Below, piece by piece: positions 44,487 through 54,000 of a DNA stretch of 64,000 nucleotides. The translations under genes were made by a program, and so were the position numbers. A model generated the notes under the pieces. That model was not told the DNA's origin and ran no database searches. It saw only the letters and a list, made by a program, of their open reading frames with translations. The first letter of the stretch is position 1. Every line of letters begins with the position of its first letter. Source of the stretch: Candidatus Termititenax aidoneus (GTDB taxonomy: Bacteria; Margulisbacteria; Termititenacia; Termititenacales; Termititenacaceae); the NCBI GenBank assembly GCA_003864455.1, contig BGZN01000001.1, positions 49,677 through 113,676 of the forward strand, given 5' to 3'.

Positions 44487-46037
44487 TTATTTGCCGTGTC
44501 CTTTGGCGTAAAGCAATAAATAAAAATACAAAAAGAAGAAGACCAGCGCCAGATAAATGATCAGTTCGCCGAAGTAAGTGTAAACTGTTTTTTCGGTCAG
44601 CAAAACTGTCTCCGCGGTCAAAAATTCTTTGGTGTCAATGCCGGACATTCGCAGAATGCGGCCGCGATTGTCGATGAGCGCCGAACGGCCGGTATTCGCG
44701 GACTGTGCGACATAGCGGTTGTTTTCCACCGCGCGCAGAGCGGCAAAACTCAAATGCATATCCAGCAAAGCCGTGCGGCCAAACCAGGCGTCATTGGTCA
44801 AAATTAAAATCAATTTTCCACCGCCGCGGATCTGTTCGCGCAGCTGATAAGGAAAAGTCGATTCAAAACAAACCGCCGCCGCATAGCCGCTGCTCTGATT
44901 ATTGTCGAGGTCGCCGGCGCTGTACTCACTGTCAAAAAAACCGGTGTCCGCCAGCAGCCAGTAGAGCAGCGGCTTAAACGGCAAGTATTCGCCAAACGGC
45001 ACCAAATATTTTTTATCATGCAGGACAGTCAGGCCGCCGTAACGGTTGAGCAAAACCACAGAGTTGTAATAACGCCCGGCGTCCGTGTCTTCCTGCCGCG
45101 GAATACCGAAAATCAGCGAAAAACCCAGAGCGTCGCGCAGCGCAAACATAAATTCTTTGTTGTGCAGCAAAAACTCGCCCAAAATCGTTTCCGGCAAAAC
45201 CAGCAAATCGGTTCTGGCGCTTAAGGAAAATTCCCGTATGTCCTCCAAATAACTTTTTTTCAAAGCCGGCCGAAAAGCCTCGTCGAGTTTAATTTTTTGC
45301 GGAATACCCGGCTGAAAAACCGTTACTAACTTACGATTATCATTCACCTGCAAATATATATCGTGCAAAGTCAAAAATAAATTGCTCAACCAAAAGCCAA
45401 AACTCAAGCAGACAATCAGCGCGGCGGAAACGCTCAACCAAATTCTTTTCTCTATCCTGTCCGCCGGCCAGATACGCGCGGCCAGCACTCCGCCAAAAAC
45501 ATTTAAGAAAACTAAAACAAAGGTCAGGCCGTACGGTCCGGCATAGCGCGCCATTTGCAAGAACTCGTGGAACAAATACTGCGAGTAGGCCAGGCCGCCG
45601 AGCGTAAAGCCAAAAGCGCCCAGCGAGCGCAGCCAGTCGAAAAAAATCCAGGCAAAAGCATAAGCCAGCAAAGTCCAGACCACACCGGCAAAGTTTTGCG
45701 CCAGGGCGTGGCGCTGGACGAATTTGCCGAGCAGGACAGCCGCGGTAACAAAAAGAGTTTGAAAAAAGGCCAGCAGCAGCAAGCCCAAAATCATTAAAAA
45801 TAAAGAGGAATATTCCGCCAGAACCAGCAAAGGCCAAAGTAAAAACAGGTAAAAAACAAGACCGAATAACAAGGCATATCCGCCGGCGCCGCGGTAAGAA
45901 CGCGCGCGGTAAATCACCGCAAAGAAAGGCATTAAACTGACGAAAGCCAGATAAAAAAGTTTGGCCGGCGGAAAAGCCAGCGCGGTCAGGACCGCCGAAA
46001 AGACTACCAGAAAAATATTTAAAGTGGCCAGCATCAA
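44487..46037 (-). CDS. lnt: Apolipoprotein N-acyltransferase
   Basis: Multi-TM N-terminal half plus a C-terminal CN-hydrolase domain with LVLPE, the K...P.GEYLP region and AVCFES (Lnt catalytic Cys motif). Confidence 0.85.
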   Translation of the reverse strand: MMLATLNIFLVVFSAVLTALAFPPAKLFYLAFVSLMPFFAVIYRARSYRGAGGYALLFGLVFYLFLLWPLLVLAEYSSLFLMILGLLLLAFFQTLFVTAAVLLGKFVQRHALAQNFAGVVWTLLAYAFAWIFFDWLRSLGAFGFTLGGLAYSQYLFHEFLQMARYAGPYGLTFVLVFLNVFGGVLAARIWPADRIEKRIWLSVSAALIVCLSFGFWLSNLFLTLHDIYLQVNDNRKLVTVFQPGIPQKIKLDEAFRPALKKSYLEDIREFSLSARTDLLVLPETILGEFLLHNKEFMFALRDALGFSLIFGIPRQEDTDAGRYYNSVVLLNRYGGLTVLHDKKYLVPFGEYLPFKPLLYWLLADTGFFDSEYSAGDLDNNQSSGYAAAVCFESTFPYQLREQIRGGGKLILILTNDAWFGRTALLDMHLSFAALRAVENNRYVAQSANTGRSALIDNRGRILRMSGIDTKEFLTAETVLLTEKTVYTYFGELIIYLALVFFFLYFYLLLYAKGHGK

Positions 46038-46807
46038 TACTCCCTTATTTGCACATTGTAATTGATTATATTTAATCCAGGATAAGTAATAATATCCGTA
46101 CGGTCTAACACTCTATCCTCGTCAGTTATTTTATTCGCAGAATTTAAGCCAACAAGTTTAAGGCCAATGCCGTCCATTAAACGCCGAGGCGAACCGGCCG
46201 TGTCATAAACTGTCAGCAAGGCAAAATAAAAATCATCGCCGAGCATAGACAAAGGAATATTCCAGCGCAGCTGATTATTACCCACACGGGAAACCAGCTG
46301 AGCTTGCTGCGGTGTGAGCTGTCCTTGATTAACCGGAGAAAAACCACCGCCATTGCCATAGCGCATTAAAAATTGGCCAGCGCCGCCATAGACGAAATAC
46401 TGCGCCCATTTAGCAAAATATTGTTCATATACTGTGTTTATCACATCATTGTAATCCGCGCCGCTGTCATATGTATAATACTGCGCCAGTTCGCTGAAAT
46501 TTTGTGAAGAAATATTTGTGTCGTCCGGCGAAGCAAAATAAACAAGAGCACCATCGACCGCCTCCAGTAAACGCAGGCCATTGTCACTGATATTTTGGGT
46601 GGCGATTATTAAGTAATATTTATAGTTGCTATCGATCGCCGGAGTCCCCGCAAAAGTAAAAGTAAACTCCACTTCGCGTATATCCACCGCGTTGCCGGAG
46701 CTGTCGGTGATAGTTTTGTCCGTGACGATGCGTCCGCAGCCGCCCAGCAAAATCAGCAAAACCAGCAACGCCGCTGTTTTTTTCATAAAGTGATTATACG
46801 CCATCAT
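46034..46807 (-). CDS. Lipoprotein of unknown function, translationally coupled between the LptD-like gene and lnt
   Basis: Lipobox LLGGC. ATGA overlaps at both ends (46804-46807 and 46034-46037). Confidence 0.7.
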   Translation of the reverse strand: MMAYNHFMKKTAALLVLLILLGGCGRIVTDKTITDSSGNAVDIREVEFTFTFAGTPAIDSNYKYYLIIATQNISDNGLRLLEAVDGALVYFASPDDTNISSQNFSELAQYYTYDSGADYNDVINTVYEQYFAKWAQYFVYGGAGQFLMRYGNGGGFSPVNQGQLTPQQAQLVSRVGNNQLRWNIPLSMLGDDFYFALLTVYDTAGSPRRLMDGIGLKLVGLNSANKITDEDRVLDRTDIITYPGLNIINYNVQIREY

Positions 46808-49107
46808 TCGTACCTCCTCACTTCCGTCGCGCTCAAAGTGTCGGAAAACGCGTCAAAACTAAATTCATCGTCTTCATTGCCGGTCAACTTAAATTCCTGT
46901 TCGGGAAAAGCTTTCAAAGAAAAGACCACAAACCATTCCTTGCGCAGCGGCGTAAAATTGTAGCGCATATACCAGCAATGCAAATCCTTGCCCAGGGCAA
47001 AAGTATCCAGATTGAAATATTCTGTATAAAAATCATAAGTGTTTTTGACCAAAAAATGCCATTCCGTCAGCCAAAAATTCCAGACGCTCCCTTCCTGGTA
47101 AGAATCACCCAGATAAAAATCCCATTCGCTGGACGCGGTTTTTAATTTGCCGGCGTAAGCATTTTCCTCAAAATTTTTATTTATATCTTTGGTGAAACTC
47201 AACCGGCCGGCGCTTCGGCCAAAACGCATTTGCAAACCGCCGATCAAATCGCGGTATAGATATGTGTAGCGGCTCTGGCCGGTAGACAAATTGAGTTTGA
47301 GCAAACCGTTTTCCCAGGGGTCGACGCGGAGATTGTACAAATCGTCATCATAAAGATTATTTTCAAAATCTTTGACCATAGTGGCCGTTAACTCTACAAG
47401 CGTTTTGTGATACAGACCGGCGGTGTGTTTGCCGCGCCGCGTCAGATACTGTTTGGGGTCATCGTAAAAAAACGGCGAGCCGCCTTCGCCCTGCGTGCGC
47501 TCATACTCCAATTTGTTCTTGAAAAAACCCCACCAGTCCGCCAGCAGATACGGCCGGTCGGACAATTGATAATGCTGGTCCTGCGTGCCGTAAGCAGCCT
47601 GGTTGTAACTCTCCAGCAGCGTTATTTTGGCCAGCGACTGCGGCAGATCAAAAGTTTTGAAAAAATTATAATTGGCGGTGTACTTGGCCGTCTCAAAAAA
47701 CCGGCGTTTGTTGTACGCGGAAAAATATTTAGACTCGCGCAGCCAGCCGCTGGTGTAACTGGAGTCCACCGAAAACCAGGCCGCCGCTTCGTCCGCGCCC
47801 AAAATATTCTGCCGCACGGCTTTGACGGTGATCTCCGGCGTTTTTTCCACCCACTCCGCGGAAAGCGCGTCGGCCGTCACTTGATCATTATCCAGATCAT
47901 AATAATATTTGGCCTCGACAGTCATTTTCTCAAAAAACTTTTTTTCCTGCGGCGTCAATTCCAAAGAGTGTGTCAAATCCAAACGCTGTTCGTAAAATTC
48001 ATCTTGGGCCGTTTTGGCGCGGTAGTAGACTGGATTGACGCGGTATTTCCATTCGTCGTTGATCTGATAACTTTCATCAATATTCAAAGCCTCATAGCGG
48101 TAGCCGTCGCTGCGGCGGAAATCTTTCTGCCAAACCGTTCTATTGGTTTGCGCGCCCAGCGTCGAATTGGTTTGAAAACTCTGCTGTTCGCGCGCCGCCT
48201 GATAATCCTCGCGGAAAGAATATTCCGCGCGCAGGCGGTCTTCGTCCTCTTGATAGGCGTAGCGCAAAACGTCAGCCATACTGTCGTCATAGCCCTGCGG
48301 CAGAAGATAAGTTTTGCGGTAGCGGTGCTCCAGCTCCAGTTGATTATTCTCCCAAAAATTCAAACGCTGCCGCCAATTTAAGACCAGACTATTCCGCACC
48401 GGCCGGAGGTCCTGCTCGGGCACTTGATAAAAAGAAAAATAACCGGGCTGGCCGTACTCGTAGCGATGCCAAAAGCCGCTGCCGTTGCCTTTTAAAGACA
48501 TGGCGTCCCAGTACACACCGCCTTCATTGTCAGCGTCCAAAAAATACAAAGTTTCCGTTTTGATAAAATTACCTTCGACTGTATTCGAGCCGATTTTCGG
48601 AAAAGTAAAGATCAACCGGCTTGGCCCCGTGTAAAAAACATAATACGGCGTGTAAAAAAGCGGCACCGGCGAAAACCAAAAATGCGCGGTCAGATGATAG
48701 GCCACGATTTTGTCGTCGGGATAATACAAAAATTCTTTGGCGGCCAAGCGGTAATGCGGCGCGAGCAAATCGCAGGAAGTCAAACCGGCCTGCGTGCCAG
48801 CCCAGCGTTCGGCATTTAAAACACTCGCGCCGTCTTTGAAATTGATATAAAATTTTTGCGCGGTCAGGTCCGGCCGCAGCGCGGCCTTGAGGCCGTAAAC
48901 TTCCACACGGCTGCTGCGCGTGTCAATGAAAATCCGGTCAGCCAGCACCTCGCGGCCGTCATAGACCAGACGGGCATTGCCGGAAGCACTGATCTTATCC
49001 GTCTGATAGACCAATTCGTCGCCGCGAATGGTTACCGGCAGGCCTTCCGCAGACCAAAGCCAGGCGGCCGCCAGCCCCAAAAATAATAATGAAAGCCCCC
49101 CCCGCAC
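46804..49107 (-). CDS. LptD/OstA-like outer-membrane protein; start uncertain
   Basis: OstA-N-like segment (IRGDELVYQTDKISASGNARLVYDGREVLADRIFID), then an aromatic-rich beta-barrel-like sequence. GTG at 49107 gives a plausible signal peptide (MRGGLSLLFLGLAAAWLWSAEG). The track's 49326 start overlaps the next ORF. Confidence 0.55.
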   Translation of the reverse strand: MRGGLSLLFLGLAAAWLWSAEGLPVTIRGDELVYQTDKISASGNARLVYDGREVLADRIFIDTRSSRVEVYGLKAALRPDLTAQKFYINFKDGASVLNAERWAGTQAGLTSCDLLAPHYRLAAKEFLYYPDDKIVAYHLTAHFWFSPVPLFYTPYYVFYTGPSRLIFTFPKIGSNTVEGNFIKTETLYFLDADNEGGVYWDAMSLKGNGSGFWHRYEYGQPGYFSFYQVPEQDLRPVRNSLVLNWRQRLNFWENNQLELEHRYRKTYLLPQGYDDSMADVLRYAYQEDEDRLRAEYSFREDYQAAREQQSFQTNSTLGAQTNRTVWQKDFRRSDGYRYEALNIDESYQINDEWKYRVNPVYYRAKTAQDEFYEQRLDLTHSLELTPQEKKFFEKMTVEAKYYYDLDNDQVTADALSAEWVEKTPEITVKAVRQNILGADEAAAWFSVDSSYTSGWLRESKYFSAYNKRRFFETAKYTANYNFFKTFDLPQSLAKITLLESYNQAAYGTQDQHYQLSDRPYLLADWWGFFKNKLEYERTQGEGGSPFFYDDPKQYLTRRGKHTAGLYHKTLVELTATMVKDFENNLYDDDLYNLRVDPWENGLLKLNLSTGQSRYTYLYRDLIGGLQMRFGRSAGRLSFTKDINKNFEENAYAGKLKTASSEWDFYLGDSYQEGSVWNFWLTEWHFLVKNTYDFYTEYFNLDTFALGKDLHCWYMRYNFTPLRKEWFVVFSLKAFPEQEFKLTGNEDDEFSFDAFSDTLSATEVRRYE

Positions 49108-49126
49108 GCTGGTAATTATAACAGAT

Positions 49127-49330
49127 TTAATTGTCCGAATCTCGCAATTTTTGGAGTTTTTCCAGCAAAGAGCCCGGCCTGACATTTTGGCTTTGCTCTG
49201 CCGCCGGCAATTCAACCTGATCGAGGCGGAATTCAAATTTACACTCTGCGCAATCGTGATATTTTTTCTCGCGGTCGATCTTGATCTTGGTCTTACAATT
49301 CGGACAGTTAATAAAAACAAATTCACTCAT
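49127..49330 (-). CDS. Small zinc-ribbon protein, 67 aa
   Basis: CPNC...16 aa...CAEC. Only weak support beyond ORF integrity and position at the head of the lptD-like operon. Confidence 0.4.
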   Translation of the reverse strand: MSEFVFINCPNCKTKIKIDREKKYHDCAECKFEFRLDQVELPAAEQSQNVRPGSLLEKLQKLRDSDN

Positions 49331-49347
49331 GTTATGATAATGTTACT

Positions 49348-49785
49348 ATGGAAATCCTCAATCGCAAAGCGGGCTTTGACTACACTATACTGGAGACTGT
49401 CGAGGCCGGCATCGCGCTGGTCGGCTGCGAAGTCAAATCTATTCGCGCCGGCAGCGCCAGCATCAAAGAAAGCTACGCGCGCGCCAAAGGCCGCGAGATT
49501 TTTCTGGTCAATATGTATATCGCGCCTTATGCGCAGGGCAACCGCCACAATCCGCCGGAAACCCGTGAGCGCAAACTGCTGCTCAAACGCAGCGAAATCA
49601 ATAAGCTAATCGGCAAGGTCGAACAAAAAAGATTATATTTAGTGCCGCTCAAAGTTTATCTCAAAAAAAACCGCCATGTAAAAGTGCTGCTTGGTTTAGG
49701 CCAGCCCAAAAAACTTTACGACAAAAAAGAACAGAAAAAACAACGCGACATTGAGAGAGAGTTGCGGAGAGAGTTCAAACTTTGA
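49348..49785 (+). CDS. smpB: SsrA-binding protein
   Basis: NRKAGFDY.ILE..EAGI.L.G.EVKS.R, YI.PY..GN..N..P.R.RKLLL. Confidence 0.92.
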   Translation: MEILNRKAGFDYTILETVEAGIALVGCEVKSIRAGSASIKESYARAKGREIFLVNMYIAPYAQGNRHNPPETRERKLLLKRSEINKLIGKVEQKRLYLVPLKVYLKKNRHVKVLLGLGQPKKLYDKKEQKKQRDIERELRREFKL

Positions 49786-50248
49786 AAAGCCAGTTAAAAC
49801 CGGAAATGCCCAGTGTCAAAATAAGCACCATTGCCAGACCAGCCAGCGTCGTGCCGAGCAAAGACGCGAGAATAATTTTACGGCGGCTCAAGCCTAGCAA
49901 ATAACCGGCCAGCGAGCCGGTCCAAACACCCGTACCGGGCAGCGGCACGCCGATAAACAAAATCAAGCCCCAAAATTCCCATTTCTGGATCTGTTCGCTT
50001 TTGGCACGGGTCTTGGCGTACACTCTATCCAGCAAATCGTTTAAAAATTTTATTTTGCGCAAGAATGGCTCGACATACTCCAGGATAAACACGACAAAAA
50101 AAGCCGGCAGCCAGGACCCCGCGACGCTCAAAAGCAACACAGCCAGCGGCGGCAGTTTGACCGCAAAGCCGTAAGGTATCGAAGCGCGCAATTCCAGCAG
50201 AGGTGTCGCGGAGAGCGCCAAAACAAGCAGCCAATTTAACACAAGCAA
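49775..50248 (-). CDS. Small membrane protein (COG2426 / putative small multidrug export family)
   Basis: Four TM helices, LELRASIPYG motif near the N-terminus. Confidence 0.6.
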   Translation of the reverse strand: MLVLNWLLVLALSATPLLELRASIPYGFAVKLPPLAVLLLSVAGSWLPAFFVVFILEYVEPFLRKIKFLNDLLDRVYAKTRAKSEQIQKWEFWGLILFIGVPLPGTGVWTGSLAGYLLGLSRRKIILASLLGTTLAGLAMVLILTLGISGFNWLFKV

Positions 50249-50294
50249 ATTAAAGCGTATTAAGTGAAATAAGACAATATTCAGCGGCGCGGTA

Positions 50295-50690
50295 TCAGAA
50301 ATTATTTTCGGACCGCCAAAACTCCGCGGCGGACATAGTTTGCGGACGTGCCAAATTAAGCTCTAAAAAATGTTTGTCGCCGCTGATTATTATATCGACA
50401 TCGGCCAAAATAGCCGCGTTTAAAATCGGATAATCCTGCGGATCGTTGATAAATTTGCTCGGCTCTTGAGGCGCGGCAATCAATTCATAGGATAATTGCA
50501 TTAATAAAGAGTCCAGGTCTGCGGCCAGTTCCGGCTTTTTTCTAGCGACCACTTCTCTCAACTCAAAAACAATATGATCGCAAAGTACCAACTCATGCTG
50601 TTTAACCACATGCATCAATACTTGCGCCGGCAAAGACTTTGGGAAAAGCAAAGCCGAAAAAATAATATTTGTATCAACAAGTATTCTCAA
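50295..50690 (-). CDS. PIN-domain toxin
   Basis: MRILVDTNIIFSAL, later acidic residues (DHIVFEL, ILADVDIIISGDKHF). Confidence 0.8.
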   Translation of the reverse strand: MRILVDTNIIFSALLFPKSLPAQVLMHVVKQHELVLCDHIVFELREVVARKKPELAADLDSLLMQLSYELIAAPQEPSKFINDPQDYPILNAAILADVDIIISGDKHFLELNLARPQTMSAAEFWRSENNF

Positions 50691-50947
50691 GAGACTTTTT
50701 GCTTTCCATAGCGCAGATCATCAATCAATCCCTGTACTTCTTCCTCTGTCTGAACGTCAAAATCTTTGGCCGCGCCGGAAAAAACGTCTTGCGCCTGCAC
50801 AACAGCCACCGCAGAAGCGTTATTAATCATGATGCCGTTGGAACATTCAATGAATAGAAGCTTGTCTCCGTCTTTAATATGTAACTTCCGGCGTATTTCT
50901 ACAGGCACAGTTACCTGCCCATTGGCTGACACTTTGGCAATATTCAT
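50687..50947 (-). CDS. AbrB/MazE/SpoVT-family antitoxin
   Basis: MNIAKVSANGQVTVPVEIRRKLHIKDGDKL. ATG at 50947 with GGAG 7 nt upstream (the track starts at TTG 50959). Overlaps the PIN gene by 4 nt. Confidence 0.8.
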   Translation of the reverse strand: MNIAKVSANGQVTVPVEIRRKLHIKDGDKLLFIECSNGIMINNASAVAVVQAQDVFSGAAKDFDVQTEEEVQGLIDDLRYGKQKVS

Positions 50948-50998
50948 AATAATCTCCAATATTATTGTTTTTCTTTGTTTTCTTGAGATTCTCTATAT

Positions 50999-51027
50999 AT
51001 TGTAATAGTGAAAATCGCTATTGTCAA
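50999..51027 (-). promoter_or_regulatory. Candidate sigma-70 promoter of the AbrB-PIN operon (TTGACA-17-TACAAT)
   Basis: Minus strand TTGACA (51027-51022), 17-nt spacer, TACAAT (51004-50999). Confidence 0.5.
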
Positions 51028-51074
51028 CAGTCCGTTGCAGTCGTTTGCGGCAAAAACACTTACAGGTTTCCTGT

Positions 51075-54000
51075 TTAGACTGGCGCTGGCTCCGGCACAG
51101 GCTCCGGTTCTGGGTTTGGTGCGGGTGCGGGTGCGGGGGCTGGCGCGGGCTGGGGTTTAGCTTCGGCCAGTTTAAGGCCATCAGCGTAAGCCCGCAGCGT
51201 GTCATCGTCCACAAAATCAATAGCGCCGCTGCCGGTAGTTAACGTTACATAAGTGCCTTTGAGACCCTCGCCTGGTTCAACGCTGCCACTTGGAACTGAA
51301 ACGCCATTATTTTCTAATTCGTCATTGGTCATAACTTGAATTATATTTGTCCACAGGCCTTGGCCGTAAATAGCGTCTAACTGAGCCTCAACTTCTGTTT
51401 TCACTCCCTCGTTGTCTACTGTAAATGTGGCTATGGCCGGTCTTTGTCCGGTGGTGTTTTCCGCGCGGTCTAGAGCCAAACCTATCTCCTGTTCAATAAT
51501 ACCTTGATAGTTTACTTTTTGCTCAGTAGAAAGGTTTCGCAAATTATCCGAGGACGGCAGAGGATTGCCATTATTGCCAAAACTGCCAAGTATAGACTGG
51601 CCATTTTGTTCCTGATTGGCTGTGGCGTAGATTTGCGCCTTGTCAGCTCCGACGAGAACACTAATATTTCCTTTAAGCTTCTTCGCTAACTCGTCAATAA
51701 TACTTTGTAATTTGGCCTGATCGCCCTGCGGGTTTTGCAGGAATTTAATTTTCTCTTCTTCAAGTCCCAACTCTGCCAACGCCTGATCGCCCAGGCCTAG
51801 AATAGCTATACGTGAAGCTTCATAATTTATCTCGTTAGCGCTGTTGGGTTTATAACGAATCGCGCCGGAAATCTCCACGCCCGGCTCTTTGGTGTTGGTC
51901 AGAGCGGCAATCAGCGCTGGGTTGATCTCCTTGCCAAGAACCTTTTGTAAAATATCGGCATTGGTAAGCAAGCCATCGGCAGAAGCAAATTGAGTTCCGC
52001 AAACAGCGCGCAGGTCATCGATCCCGCCGGCTACAGAAGAAAGCTGCCCACCAATATTTGGCTCCTGACCGGAAGTATTCACCGCGGGGTTTTTCGTGAA
52101 GATCAACTCACCCACAATATAATCTTGAAATCCTTGCGGGTTGGGAATAGTCTCGCCGCTGTCGGCTGTTTGCGTGAAAGTGCTTTCGATATCCAATAAT
52201 GTTTCGGCCAAATCTTTCTCCACTCTATCGGCAAGGTCTTGGTCTTGACTTAAACCATTGTCCACGATCACTTCTTTGATATTGAGAATAACACCGGCTC
52301 TATACAATAGCGCAGACTGATTGCTTTCCTGCAGCGGAGCGTAAGTGTCCAAATCCGCCAGCATACTTTCGACATCCTCTGATATAGCTTGAAGAATCTC
52401 TACGCCGTCTTTCACTCCGGGGCCGTCGCCGATATTGTTTATCGCCGTACATTGTGCTCTTTCCGCCGTCAAAACAGTTGAAGTAAATTGCGCGCCGCCG
52501 TTCGGAGATTGCTCGGAATACTCCACGGCTTGTCTGCCTATCAGAGACAAATTGCCCCGGTGATAATTATTCACCGCGGTCTTTCCCAACTGCTTCAGAG
52601 AGCGGCCTAGAGTATTGTTGATCCCAAAAGCAGCGCTAAATTCTTCTTCGCGGGCGTTGTTGGTAATCGACCACCAGCCGGGTATTTGCCGGTCAATGCC
52701 AGGAAATTCTTTCCGCAAGAAAGCGCTGAAAGCGGCGGAATCCTGGCCGGAATCGCCGGTGGTTTCGGATAATTGCGTGTTGTAAGCGGCTAGTTTGGGA
52801 TCGTTACTTATATTTTCTAAATTTAATGTAAATCCTCCTAATGCAAGTTGCGTTATTATTTCAGACTCCTGCATCAATAGAGCCGCTAATTTATTTTGTT
52901 TTTCTTCTAGAGTCAGCAGAGGATTGTCCATGATCCCGACAAAGTTATTGGACAGAGCAGACCATGCTCTGTTACTCAAAGTCGGCTTGGGCTTGCTTTC
53001 ATCTTGTGGATCGCTGTCACGGCGGAAATGCTGGGACAGCCAGGCGTTGGCAAACATGTTCTTTTGGGCGCTGATGGATAGAGCGGCCGCTCCGATCCTA
53101 TTGACGTCGGCCGCCATAGCGGACTCGTGATAAAAAGTCATTTGAAGCGGCTTATCGAGCAGTTCCATAGTTTTAAGCACATAAATGGCCAATAGGTTTT
53201 CTTTATTTTTGCTCAAGGCTTCGCTGGGATTTTTTTCACCAATACTTGTACAAATAGTCTGGCCGTATTCCGTTAATTGCCCATAAGCAGACAGGAAAGA
53301 ACCTTCCTGCCAAGGATTGGTCAGGCCGAAAATTTGATCGAACGCGGCAATATTATCTCCGTTCAAGATACCGGCGGCCTGCAGTTCATCACGCAAGTTG
53401 ACAATAGAACTCTCAATCTCAGCAATGCTGGCGCCCCGGACAATGTTGCCTTCCAGAGTATTGAATCTCTCGTTAATCAGTCTTCCAGCCGCGCCGGACA
53501 TAGACTGACGTGGATCCAGCAAAATATTTAACTGTTCTTTAAATAAAGGAGTAACATTTTCCAGGTTCACATTAGCCACATTCTTGGGATCGGCCAGGGC
53601 GATAATCTTAGCGTCCAGCCGATTCATATCGCGCCGGTTGAGTTGCAACAACTCCGCGGTGGTTTCCATATTATTGGCCAGCACAGCCACTCTGGAATAA
53701 ATGCCGCCGGCTGAGCGGCTCAGACCATTGGCATGGGCAGATCCGGCAGCAGAGACGCTGTCGCCGATCGAAGCTTGCAAAGCCCTAATTATTTCGCCGA
53801 GCTTACCTTGATTGTATTCAATTTCTTTCAAGTCGAACCGCATCTGCTTGATCTCTCCTTCCAGTTCAGCCAGCTCTATTTTTTCGTCTGGGGACAATGT
53901 GCCTTCTTTGTCTTTCAATTCTTCATAGCGCGGAGTTATGGCATTCAGGCGCTGCTGGGTTTGCAGGAGCGCGGTTCGCAGAGCGGCTGTAAGCATTTGA

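Noticed and set aside
50002-50017. Near-consensus sigma-54 promoter TGGCACGGGTCTTGGC
   Set aside because: The invariant -12 GC is GG. It lies on the plus strand inside a minus-strand membrane-protein gene, and no plus-strand gene follows for more than 13 kb. It is probably a chance match.
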